Shown one piece after another: positions 1 through 12,020 of a stretch of 64,000 nt of DNA (positions are counted from its first letter, which is position 1; each line of letters starts with the position of its first letter). Origin of the DNA: the human T2T-CHM13v2.0 reference genome, Homo sapiens. The DNA lies in assembly GCF_009914755.1 (NCBI RefSeq), contig NC_060943.1. One strand, written 5' to 3'. The notes under the pieces are model-generated. The model was not told where the DNA came from, ran no database searches, and worked only from the letters and a program-made list of their open reading frames with translations. A program made the translations under genes and the position numbers.

Positions 1-73
1 TGAGTGGGTCCCTTGGGGATGCTGTGAGGTACTGCTGGTGGGAGCTGGTACTTACTTTTTCCTGTATGTGCAG

Positions 74-155
74 GAGGAGGGGACCGAGGCTATGGGGGGA
101 ACCGGTTCGAGTCCAGGAGTGGGGGCTACGGAGGCTCCAGAGACTACTATAGCAG
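74..155 (+). CDS. CIRBP: CIRBP internal coding exon (RGG/SR-rich region; gene 5' end is outside the window)
   Basis: Acceptor tttttcctgtatgtgcag ends at 73 and donor AG|gtgag starts at 156. Translates [26 protein letters not shown], matching the C-terminal half of cold-inducible RNA-binding protein. Confidence 0.97.
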
Positions 156-503
156 GTGAGGGGGAGGCCGGCCCAAGCACAGGGGTGGTTGCGGGATGGC
201 CAGCTTCCGTCCCGGGTCCCAGGTCCCTGGGGGAGCTGAGATGAGACTGGCTGGGCAAGGAGCAGAGGCAGGTGGGGACCCAGGCCAAGAGGAGAGGAGA
301 CTGCTCAGGACATTCGCAGAAGCGGGAGGGCCTGGGGGACAGGCTGGTGGAGATTTTGAACAATTTCCAAGATGCTGCCCTGCTGGGGTCCTTGTTGTGT
401 CCCCAGAAGGGACGGCTGGCATGGGGGCTGGCGGCTCAGCCTGTTGTGGCAGAGCAGAAGTAGACGGGTACCTTCCGGTACTCAACGTTTGTCTGTCTTG
501 CAG

Positions 504-574
504 CCGGAGTCAGAGTGGTGGCTACAGTGACCGGAGCTCGGGCGGGTCCTACAGAGACAGTTACGACAGTTACG
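504..574 (+). CDS. CIRBP: CIRBP penultimate coding exon
   Basis: gtctgtcttgcag|C at 503/504 and G|gtaagt at 574/575. Translates RSQSGGYSDRSSGGSYRDSYDSY, in phase with the previous exon. Confidence 0.97.
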
Positions 575-949
575 GTAAGTCACACTCCGAGGGCGCCACG
601 CTGCTGTGGCCTGCGGTGGGAGCTCGGTTCACCTTGGTGCCCTCTCCAAGCACTTTAGGCTGGACACTCAGACCTTGTCACTGTGCTTGCCCAGAAGAGG
701 CGCATCTGTCCTCTCAGAGCCATTTCTATCGCAGGACGCAAAAGCCAAATGAGACTGACCAAAAAGGCAAGGGAGAGCGAGGGCCCGCTGGGCAGTCAGC
801 TAGGTGCATGTGTGGCCGCAGGCCAGCCTCCCTCGGCTGTGGGGGGTGGTTGCTCCCCGGCCGCAGGCCGCGCCCTGGTCTGGCCTCTGGGGTGAAGCTG
901 CCTCTTGTTGCTTCGGTGCCTTTACACTGTGCCTGCTTCTTGTCCTCAG
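575..949 (+). other. CIRBP: Retainable CIRBP intron (375 nt, 3n, stop-free in frame)
   Basis: ORF 196..966 reads straight through this intron into ATHNE*. Retention adds 125 aa (172+125=297 aa). Confidence 0.8.
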
Positions 950-966
950 CTACACACAACGAGTAA
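950..966 (+). CDS. CIRBP: CIRBP last coding exon (ATHNE*), canonical 172-aa isoform
   Basis: Acceptor cttcttgtcctcag ends at 949. G|CT ACA CAC AAC GAG TAA gives the known C-terminus ATHNE. Confidence 0.96.
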
Positions 967-1700
967 AAACCCTTCCTGCTCAAGATCGTCCTTCCAATGG
1001 CTGTGTGTTTAAAGATTGTGGGAGCTTCGCTGAACGTTAATGTGTAGTAAATGCACCTCCTTGTATTCCCACTTTCGTAGTCATTTCGGTTCTGATCTTG
1101 TCAAACCCAGCCTGACCGCTTCTGACGCCGGGATGGCCTCGTTACTAGACTTTTCTTTTTAAGGAAGTGCTGTTTTTTTTTGAGGGTTTTCAAAACATTT
1201 TGAAAAGCATTTACTTTTTTGACCACGAGCCATGAGTTTTCAAAAAAATCGGGGGTTGTGTGGGTTTTTGGTTTTTGTTTTAGTTTTTGGTTGCGTTGCC
1301 TTTTTTTTTTTAGTGGGGTTGGCCCCATGAAGTGGGTGCCCCACTCACTTCTCTGAGATCGAACGGACTGTGAATCCGCTCTTTGTCGGAAGCTGAGCAA
1401 GCTGTGGCTTTTTTCCAACTCCGTGTGACGTTTCTGAGTGTAGTGTGGTAGGACCCCGGCGGGTGTGGCAGCAACTGCCCTGGAGCCCCAGCCCCTGCGT
1501 CCATCTGTGCTGTGCGCCCCACAGTAGACGTGCAGACGTCCCTGAGAGGTTCTTGAAGATGTTTATTTATATTGTCCTTTTTTACTGGAAGACGTACGCA
1601 TACTCCATCGATGTTGTATTTGCAGTGGCTGAGGAATTCTTGTACGCAGTTTTCTTTGGCTTTACGAAGCCGATTAAAAGACCGTGTGAAATGAACCTTG
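967..1700 (+). other. CIRBP: CIRBP proximal 3' UTR, U/GU-rich
   Basis: Follows the stop codon. Has multiple U and GU tracts (1150-1312, 1560-1590) and ends shortly after ATTAAA. Confidence 0.85.
1673..1678 (+). terminator. CIRBP: CIRBP proximal poly(A) signal ATTAAA
   Basis: ATTAAA variant hexamer with U-rich elements upstream. Confidence 0.8.
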
Positions 1701-2829
1701 CTCTGACAATTCCCTTGCATTGCACCACACACTCCTTGCTGCGGGCTCCTGCAGCCAGACCTGAGCAGAGAGAGAAGGTGGAGAAGCAGCGGGTCTGCAA
1801 GCCTTCCCTGGGGCCTGCAGAGCTAGAAAGGGAGGCCCAGCAGACTGGCGCTGGTCAGGGTAGGGGAGCCAGGCGGGGGACGGGAGCGGGCAGCTCAGGC
1901 CTCAGGGCAGCCCTGGGAGGCTTCTGGCAGTGGTGGCCAGAGGGCTGGACTGTGCGGGCAGCTTAGCAGGGACAGTGGACGTGCACCTGACGCTGACCTG
2001 GACTGCCTCAGTCTAGAAGCAGGCCAGAGAGCAGAGGCACGTGGCATCCCAGGGCGACCTCAGACGGCCAGCCGGTTAGCTAGTTCTGCTGTTGCTTCAC
2101 GAGTTCTGAGCATTCTCTGCTAGCCTATGGAAGCTGCAGCCCTCGGAGGACAGAAGTGTTGTGCGCCCAACAGAACCCTCTGAGACGCAAGCTGCTCCCT
2201 TGGCTAGCTCATATGTGGAAATAGCCCTGTAATTCGAGGTAACTCCTTCCGCTCGTGTCCACATCCCTCTTGTTGAGAGCTCACTGAAAGTCATGTGCCC
2301 GGGGAATGTTCCTGTGACTGTTTTTTGTTTTTCCTTTTTTTTTTAACTTTGTTTTTGTTTTTTTCAATTAAGCTGGAACTAAAGTCAGGCCCAGCCATTA
2401 CGCTCCCCACGTGCAGCCAGGTGCAGCCTGGGCCCAGTCATGCCTGGCTCATAGATGAAATCCCTTAAGCAGGATTGAAGACCAGTGAACGCCCCCGCCT
2501 TTTGGATTTTTTGCTCAATTGACCGTCTTTTCCAGACCTCTTTAAGTCACACTCTTAACTTAGCTTTCTCTGATGTCTGTTGCCGCCATTAGTTTTTTTC
2601 TAGAGCCCACACTGGCCCACATAGCTCCATCCCATACGGGTAGCTGGCTCCAGCTGCGCCAAGGTGCAGACCCGCCCTGGGCATGCTGGCCTGTGACGGA
2701 GCCTGAGGTCACAGCCCCCTGACTAGCCTGAGACCTTCCTAGGGGCTGTGGCTGTTTCCGGGGAGGCCGGGAGGGGCAGCTGTGAGCCCTGTGGAGGACG
2801 TTGGGAGTAACGCTGCTTTGCTTTGGCAG

Positions 2830-2963
2830 GTTGAAGGGGCCCGGCCAGGACTCGGGGAAGGGTGGCCTGAGAGCAGCGATGACCTCTGGGGTCACTGTCC
2901 CAGGAGGGACTTCACCTGGAACAAGAGCTGGAGGCAGCCGCTTGCCCAGGAGGCTTGTCCCCT
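2830..2963 (+). other. CIRBP: CIRBP alternative downstream exon carrying an immediate stop (poison-type)
   Basis: taac...gctttgctttggcag acceptor ends at 2829 and CCT|gtaagt donor starts at 2964. Joining to the 574 donor gives G|GT TGA (stop at 2832-2834). Confidence 0.75.
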
Positions 2964-3171
2964 GTAAGTGCTTTCGGGAAGAGTGGCATGTGGCGCTGAG
3001 CCCTGTCCCGGGCGGCACCTGGGCGTTTCAGTGAGTCCTGCTCTCCCGCACCTATGGCCCCACGGCGGGCGCCTTTCGGTGTGTGTTGGGTGCAGGGCAG
3101 CGCCTCCCGGGAGCGCCGGGTCCCTCGCCTGGAGCCCGCGCCTGTTCTCCCTCCCTTCCTCCTCCTTCCAG

Positions 3172-3335
3172 GAGGCGCTTCGCCAGTGAGGTGCGGGCTC
3201 AGGGCCTCGAGTCTCTCCTGGAGCACGGGCTGCGGTGCGCCGGCAGCTTACGGGGCGGCCAGTCCTTGCCCACAACGATGTGGAGCCCTGTGAAAGTCGG
3301 ATTCGAATAAAGGGCCACGTGTGCACCCAGAAAGC
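3172..3335 (+). other. CIRBP: CIRBP alternative terminal exon
   Basis: Strong pyrimidine tract ttctccctcccttcctcctccttccag ends at 3171, with AATAAA at 3306-3311. The 3' end is approximate. Confidence 0.72.
3306..3311 (+). terminator. CIRBP: CIRBP distal poly(A) signal AATAAA
   Basis: Canonical hexamer about 135 nt into the alternative terminal exon. Confidence 0.7.
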
Positions 3336-4024
3336 CGAGTCTGTGGTTCAGGGGGGTCTGTCGGCGGAGCGGGGCCACTGGAAGAAAAGCCTGCGGACCT
3401 CGGTTCAGCGCACGAGTAGGACCCGACAGGGAAGACTGCAAGGGTCATTGTCCGAGCAGTGACCGCGGGGGGCTCGCCACTGAGGGGGTTCGCAGCGCGG
3501 AGACTCCAGTCTCGCGGGATCTGAGGCGCACTCGGCTTCGAGGGAGCGGCGGCCGCGCAGCCGCTGTCAGGCCCCGTCTTGGGCCGAGTCCCGGGTTCCC
3601 TGTAGCAGGCTGGGGAGCGGGGCGCCACCTTCCTGGGCCCTGGACGTGGCCGACGCGTTCTCAGTGTCCGTGAGGCCGGGGCAGGAGTGGCGGGGGTCGC
3701 CCCGAAGTGGGTGGGAATGAGCGGCCCGAGGTCCTGAAGTCGGGGTCCGCCCCGTCTCCCCGCTGCCAGCCCGATTTCCTCGGAAGCCGCGACCCCCCAC
3801 GCTGGGCTGGCAGTTCTGGGCTCTGCCGGCTGCGCCTTGCCGGGACTCCCACGGGCGGGCTCCGGGCCTCCGTCCTGATCCCTTGGAGCGGGTCGACGAA
3901 GCAAGTTCCGCGGCGGGCGCGCGGGGCACTGTGGGTAGCGCCGGGGCTCACCAGGCGGAGGCGGGGCCCGGCGTCAAGCTCCGCCTCCGCGCCCCATTGG
4001 CTGGCATCACCTCCGCGCGCCTGA

Positions 4025-4408
<384 letters not shown>

Positions 4409-5074
4409 TAGTGCGTCACGTGCCGGGCCGCGGGGTCCTCCCCTCCCTCCCTCCCTCCCTCCCTCTCTCCCTGTTGGAGTGGGCGTGGGCGGTGCTGTGC
4501 GGGGTCGTCAGGTGGTGTGGGCGGTGCAGGGGCCACGGGACTCACCCGCTCTCCAGCCTGCGCCTGGGGTTGGAGGTGCCCAGCGCGCCGCCTCTTAACT
4601 CGGGGGTGACGCTGCCCGTTTCCCAGGTGGGGCCACTGAAGCCGGAGCATGCCGGGCAGGGGTCAGGCCCTGGCGGGGCGAGGGGGCCTCCTTGGCTCCT
4701 TGTCGCCGGATGCCCGTCCTCGTTCTCATCTTCCCGCCTGCCGCCAGGCCTTTCCGTGGGGTCCCGATATTTTCCTTTCTGCTTCTACCCACTGAAGCTG
4801 GTTCGTCGCCAGGGTCGGCCACGTGCCCGCCTTGGGTGCTCCCACAGCCCGGGAGGTGCAGCTGCGTCCCCAGACCCTCGCGGGGGTCTCCAGCTGTAGG
4901 CAGCCCCTGGGCAGGAGGGGCTTCTGCGTGTTCAGGCCACCCCGGCTTCCCTGGCCTGTGGCTCCAGTCTCCTCTGGGCTCCTGACTACCCAGTGTGGCT
5001 GCTTCTCCCGGGTGGGAGAGACACAGCGAGGACCTTATCCCTCCCCATCACCACCCTGGCAAAGTCAAGCCGCT

Positions 5075-5220
5075 TTTTATTTTTTATAAGTTTTTATTGT
5101 AGCGATGGGGTCTCGCCATGTTACCCGCGCTGGTCTGAACTCCTGGGCTCAAGTGATCCTTTTTCGTTGGCCTCCCAAAGTGCTGGCATTATAGATGTGA
5201 GCACCTGCACTCCGCCATGC
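5075..5220 (-). mobile_element. Alu monomer (FLAM / left arm)
   Basis: Reverse Alu motifs gcctcccaaagtgctgg and aactcctgggctcaagtgatcct. Confidence 0.85.
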
Positions 5221-5622
5221 TGCTTTTTATGGGCCCTGTGCAGAGCCTCCCCTGTGCTCCACACCTCTTCCTGTGGAAGCACCTGCTGCGCGCTCTCCCC
5301 TGCCTGTATGCCGCGCCCTCCCTGCCTCCCGGGCTGCTGGGGCCACCAGGGGCTTGGCCCTGAGACAGGCTTCCATTCTGTTGTCTTTGGCAAAGTCTCA
5401 CCCCTGTGTGAGCCTCAGTCTTTTCATCAGTGCAATGGGAGTGACATCAGCGTGCCTCTCCTGGGGTCCTGGCGCAGGGGAGATGGGAGGGCCTGGTAGG
5501 GCACATGTCTTCTTACTGTCATCGCCATGGGAGTGAATGGTAATCACTTGGCGATTAGGACATGAAAGAAGCAGGCACAGCAAAACCAGGGAGGTCTGCA
5601 GCAGGGCTCGGGGCTCCAGTAG

Positions 5623-6009
<387 letters not shown>

Positions 6010-6027
6010 TAAACTTAAATGTTTGTC

Positions 6028-6597
<570 letters not shown>

Positions 6598-6698
6598 TTC
6601 TTGCTTTTTTAAGGCAGGAAAGCGGCTGCAGGGCTTAGGGTAGTGGTTGCTCCATCTGGGCCCCTCCCTGAGGGATGAGGTCTAAGTCAGGTGGAGAA

Positions 6699-6826
6699 CT
6701 GACTGCAGGATGCTTCTGAGCAGGCAGGGTCAGGGAGGGCCTCTCTCTGTGTGTAATGGGGCTGACTGCAGGATGCTTCTGAGCGGGCGGGGTCAGGGAG
6801 GGCCTCTCCCTGGTGTAATGGGGCTG
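6699..6826. repeat. ~63-bp tandem duplication (2 copies)
   Basis: ctgactgcaggatgcttctgagc...gtgtaatgggg occurs at 6699 and 6762. Confidence 0.9.
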
Positions 6827-7355
6827 GCTTCTGGAAGAGTGTCTCAGGCCGAGGGAACAGCAGGGAGCGGCCGGGCTGCGCAGATGCCGGGCGGGACTGG
6901 GGTAGGCCTGGGCATCGAGGCAGCTGTCAGGGGTTAGCAGGGTTCTGGGCAGGGAATGATGGGTATGTTGCGCTGCAGTGTGGCTGCTGGGGGGACCTTG
7001 GCCTGTTGGGGGGTGGCAGGCATGGAGGCTGGGAGACCAGGAGACTGGGCGGCCTCTGGGGACAGCTCTGACTTTTTGAGCCCCCAGGGAGGGAGGCACT
7101 GGGATCCCTCCGCATGCTCTGACTCCATTCTGGGAACCCCTCCCAGGTTTCTTCTACCTCCTGGCTGGGGGCCCCTTCCCCCGGAGTGGGCAGTTGCACA
7201 GGAGGCCGGGGAGGGAGGCCAGTGGGGGGAGGCTGGGCCCTGGTGGACCGAGGGGCCTGGACAGGCTGCCTGCCCCTGCCTGACCTGGGTGAGCCTCTGC
7301 CCGGCAGGGCGGGCCCTTCACTCCTTCCCTCTCACCCTTGACCCCCTGCTTTCAG

Positions 7356-7810
7356 ATGCTGAGCCAGGGAGGCGGCCCTTCCAGCAGCCATGAGGGAAGG
7401 ACAGGAGATGGGGCCCACCCCAGTGCCCAGCAACCCCCTGCTCCACCGCTCATTCCCCTGCTGGCCCCGGGGCTGGTCTCACCCAGTGCCAACCCGAGAG
7501 CTCCTTTTGGAACCTGCACAGCCCGCCGACCTGTTGCCACCTGCACCCACCGCTGGACCATGCAGCCTCGCCTCCTGGATGCTGTCCCAGCCTGGCCGAG
7601 GGTCCCAGGTGAAGACTGGAGGGACCCCAACAGCCACCGCCCAGGACGCTGAGGCTCCCTTGCCTGACTGTGACTTGTGCCTCTCTCCTGCCCCCGTGGG
7701 GACATGGCAGCCCAGAGCCAAGGCTGGGTGGGCAGGTGACCCAAGGAACCTTTCTGGGAACACCTTCTCGCCGGGCTGGGAACAATAAATGCAGCCATGT
7801 CTCTGCAGCT
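7356..7810 (+). other. FAM174C: FAM174C exon 3: last base of the TGA stop plus 3' UTR
   Basis: ccccctgctttcag|A acceptor completes TG+A. CDS length 281+117+1=399 nt = 132 aa. Confidence 0.9.
7784..7789 (+). terminator. FAM174C: FAM174C poly(A) signal AATAAA
   Basis: Only canonical hexamer in the terminal exon. Confidence 0.88.
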
Positions 7811-10423
7811 GGTGCTGACCCCATGCCACCTCTAGACCCGTGCGTACTGGTGCAGCCAGTGTGGGGGTGGGTGGCGGAGCAGGGCTCAAGCCAGCCTCGG
7901 TTCCCCATCTGCGACCATGCTTGGGTTCTCCAGCCTTGCTCCCAAGTAAGGAACCCATCTTCAGCTGCCTGGGATGAGGCCCTGCCTGTCAGCATCTCTC
8001 TTCCTAGAGAGAACTCCTATTCATCCGTCAAAGCCCCTGCCCCAGGGCCCCCTCTATGCCATCCCTTCAGCCTGGGTCTCATGGGCCCTGCCCTGGAGGA
8101 TCCCCACATCACCCTCATGAATACCTCTGGCAATGATTCCAGGGAGCCCCAGAGCTCTGCTGCAGGAGGCTGGAGTTCCGTGCGGCCTGGGTCCCCATGC
8201 CGGACACTCCTCCCCCATCTGCCTCCTGTGGGACTTGGAGCCTGAGACCCCATCCCAGGCAAGGTGCTTAATCAGCTTCCCTGGGGCCTTGTTCTTCCTG
8301 CAGGGGCCTGTGTCTGGGCGGAGTCCAGCCCTGGCCTGTCATCCTGTCCCCCATGAGGTTAGCCTTGGAGAGACCATGGTGCGTGGGTACCCATGGCCTG
8401 AGGTCCCCCACAGGCAACCTGTCTGGAGCTGCCACTGCCCTGTCACGAGGAGGAGCTGCCACCAGGTGGCAGCCTTGAGCCGCCCAGTCCTCTGGCTGTC
8501 TCCTTGGTCCTAACCCTTCATGTGGGAAAGCAAGTCCAGCACAGCCCATTTGTCACTCCACTTCCTGAACCCACCGTGTCCTCACATCCACTGGGGGATG
8601 GGCAGTCCCCCAGGTTTGCATCTCACATACCTGCCGACCCTCCCTGTCTGCCGCCAGGGTTGGGAGGGGCTGTCTCCACTGGGGGCCAGGCTATCGCCCC
8701 TTCAGACCAGGGTCCCCTGTCCTGGTACTATCTGTTCCCTTGGGCATGTCCGTCTGACCAGGCCTGCCAAGACTCTGCTTACGTTTCTCCTTCCCCTTCC
8801 AGTGCCCTGGGTCCTTCTCTGCCCCAGCCTCAGCTGCCGCCTCCAGGAAGTCCTCCCTGATTGCCCACCCCAGCCTGTTCTTTAGGGGAATCCTGCAGGG
8901 AAGGTTGGGGAAGCAACCCTTAAAGTGAGGGCAGAGCCCGAGGGAGGCCCCTGAGACTGCAGGTGGGGAGGGCAGCTTGGCTCAGCCTGGCTGTGTGTGG
9001 GACTGGGGACAAGCAAGTCACACCTATGACTCGGGCTCTGCTGTTCCCCATCTGTCTGGCCGTTGCGTCTGTCTCCAAACTCCCGTTTGCATCTCTCCAT
9101 CTGCCTCCTTCACTTTGTCTCTGTCCGTCTCTGTCTCCATGTCTGACCCTTTGGGACACACTTTTAACAGGCACGGAGACACCAGCCCCGGCCCCCAACC
9201 CTGTGATCTGTGCCCCCCGTCCCACAGCTCTGAGCGCTTTCACCAGCTTCAAAAGGCACATTAATTACTCTAATGAGGTCAGGAGAGACCCACGCTCTGC
9301 CATCCGGAGTCGGAACATGCCGCAGCCCCCAGCCCAGCCGCCGCCGCCCCCCGCTCGAGCAGGGAGAGGGGCTCTGCTGCCTCCGTCCCCTCTGCCTGTC
9401 GGGGCCCGTGCTGCACCCCACGTTGCTGCAGAGTAATTGGCAGCCCCCCAAGGTTAATGCACTGTTAGCCAGGGGTTCTCCTGGGCTCAGAGCCGGAGAG
9501 GGGCCTGTCAGCGAGAAATGAAAGGCCCCAGGTCCCGGCTGGTGCTCGGCTTGTGAGCGTGTGTGTGCCCGTGGGAGTGCGTGTGTGTGCGGGTGCCTGG
9601 GAGCTTGCGGGGGCGGGCAGTGGCTTCCTCCACCTCTCCCACGCAGACACGCAGACACGCAGGCACCCACAAAATACAGTCTCATAGACACACGGTAAGC
9701 AACTCGGACAGTTCCATGGATGGGACGCCCGCAGCCCCGTGGGACACGCGATCACACACATGGGTGTGACCTGCTCAGCTCCTAACCCCACGCCGGGGAG
9801 TGTCTCAGACCCATGCCCCCCACCCTTGCCCCTCGGTGTGCCCACTGGACAAGCAGCATATCAGGTCTGTGCCTCTGGGTGGGGGGGGGGTGGGGGTCTC
9901 TGCTTCAGCAGCGGGCCCCGCCCAGGCTGGAGTCCAGTGGACTCACTGCGGGGCTTCTCCGCTTGTGAAATAGGGGCGGGTGGGCGCTGGGGACGTGGCC
10001 TCAAAGGCGGGATGCGTTGGGTTCCTTGCGGCGCCGGCTTGTGCCCACAGCTTGGGGCCGACATTCATCCTGGGGAGATAGAGACAGGGCTCCTCTGCCG
10101 CCCTGGTGCCGGGGTGCCCCAGGGATGTGGCCCCATGTGCCAAATCACAGTCACTCGGGTTGGCAGGCGACGGAGGGCTCTCTGCCTCTTCTGGGGGTGC
10201 TGAGACCCCTGTACCCTCGACTCCCCACCTCCAGGGATCTCACCCCCAGGTGCCCATCTCCTCTGTGGGGGGCCTGAGCCACCACTGACCCCACATTAAG
10301 GCCACTGACGTCCCCGTCCTAGGCCAGCCAGCCCCTGAGAAGCACCCAGTGCTTTGCTGTGGGACACAAAGCCACACATGGCTATTCACGTTATTTCATT
10401 AAGTTACATAAAACTGGAGGTCC

Positions 10424-10522
10424 AGGGCCTCAGTCACCATGGGGAGAGGTCCTCAGTCGCCATGGGGAGAGGTCCGGGTCCTCAGTCGCCGTGGGGAGAG
10501 GTCTGGGGCCTCAGTCACTGTG
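10424..10522. repeat. Short degenerate minisatellite (cctcagtcRccRtggggagaggt, ~4 copies)
   Basis: Direct inspection; unit 23-30 bp. Confidence 0.85.
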
Positions 10523-10639
10523 GTGGACAGCGATTGGTGGGGGCAGGGACATTTCCTTTGTCTTGGAAAGTTCTGGACGCTGGTGGTGTCTGGACACTGG
10601 AGAACGGGTCTGTGTTCAGGCCCCAGACCTGAAGGTGGG

Positions 10640-12020
10640 ATGAGGGAGAGAGGAAGGAGGAGGAAGGGGAGGAGGGAGGGGACAGAGTGGGAAGGAGAAG
10701 GATGTGAATGGAGAGGAAGGATGGGAGGAGGAAGGAAGGAAGGAGGGAAGGGGAGGAGGAGGAAGGAGAGGAGGGTGCAGAGGATGGGGGAAGGAGGGGG
10801 GAGGAGGGTGTGAAGGGGAAGGAGGGAGGAGGGAGCGGAGGACTGAGAAGGGGAGGAAGGTGTAAAAGGAGAGGGAGAGAGGAAGGAAGGGAGGGGGTAT
10901 TAAGGGGGAAGAGAGTGGGAAGGGGGAGGAGGGAGGGGAGGGTAGTATGAAGGGGGAAGGAAGGAGGGAGGGGAGAAGGGTGGGAAAGGGAGGAAGGAGA
11001 GAGGAAGGGAGGAGGGAGGGGAAGGTGTGAAGGGAAGGAGGGAGGGGAGATGGGAGGGAAGTAGGGAGGGGAGGGAGGGGAAAGGTGTGAAGGGAAGAGG
11101 GAGGGGAGGTGGGAGGGGAGGAGGGAGGGAGGGAGGAGGGTGTGAAGGGAGGAGGGGGGAGGGTGTGAAGGGAAGAGGGAGGGGAGGAGGGAGGGAGGAG
11201 GGTGTGAAGGGAGGAGGGAGGGGAGGAGGGTGTGAAGGGAGGAAGGAGGGGAGGAGAGGGAGGAGGGTGTGAAGGGAGGAGGGAGGGGAGGAGGGAGGGA
11301 GGAGGGTGTGAAGGGAGGAGGGAGGGGAGGAGGGAGGAGGGAGGAGAGGAGGGTGTGAAGGGAGGAAGGAGGGGAGGAGAGGGAGGAGGGTGTGAAGGGA
11401 GGAGGGAGGAGAGGAGGGAGGGAGGAGGGTGTGAAGGGAGGAGGGAGGGGAGGAGGGTGTGAAGGTGTGAAGGGAGGAGGGAGGGAGGAGGGTGTGAAGG
11501 GGAAGGAGGGAGGGGAGGATTGGAAAGGGGAGGAAGGTGTAAAAGAGGGAGAGAGGAAGGAAGGGAGGGGGTATTAATGGGGAAGAGAGTGGGAAGGGGG
11601 AGGAGGGAGGGGAGGGTAGTATGAAGGGGGAAGGAAGGAGGGAGGGGAGAAGGGTGGGAAGGGGAGGAAGGAGAGAGGGAGGGAGGGGAAGGTGTGAAGG
11701 GAAGGAGGGAGGGGAGGTGGGAGGGAAGTAGGGAGGGGGAGGGAGGGGAAAGGTGTGAAGGGAAGGAGGGAGGGGAGGAGGGAGGGAGGAGGGTGTGAAG
11801 GGAGGAGGGGGAGGAGGGTGGGAGGGGAGGAGGGAGGGAGGAGGGTGTGAAGGTGTGAAGGGAGGAGGGAGGGAGGGGAGGAGGGAGGGAGGAGGGTGTG
11901 AAGGGAGGAGGGAGGGAGGAGGGTGTGAAGGGAGGAGGGAGGGAGGGGAGGAGGGAGGGAGGAGAGTGTGAAGAGAGGAGAATGGGAAGGATGGGAGCTG
12001 GGGAGGAGGGAGGAGGGTGA
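10640..12020. repeat. ~1.4-kb polypurine (GA-rich) low-complexity VNTR
   Basis: Top strand is almost only G/A, with recurring gggtgtgaagggaggagggagg units. This is the source of the Pro/Ser-rich antisense ORFs. Confidence 0.97.
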
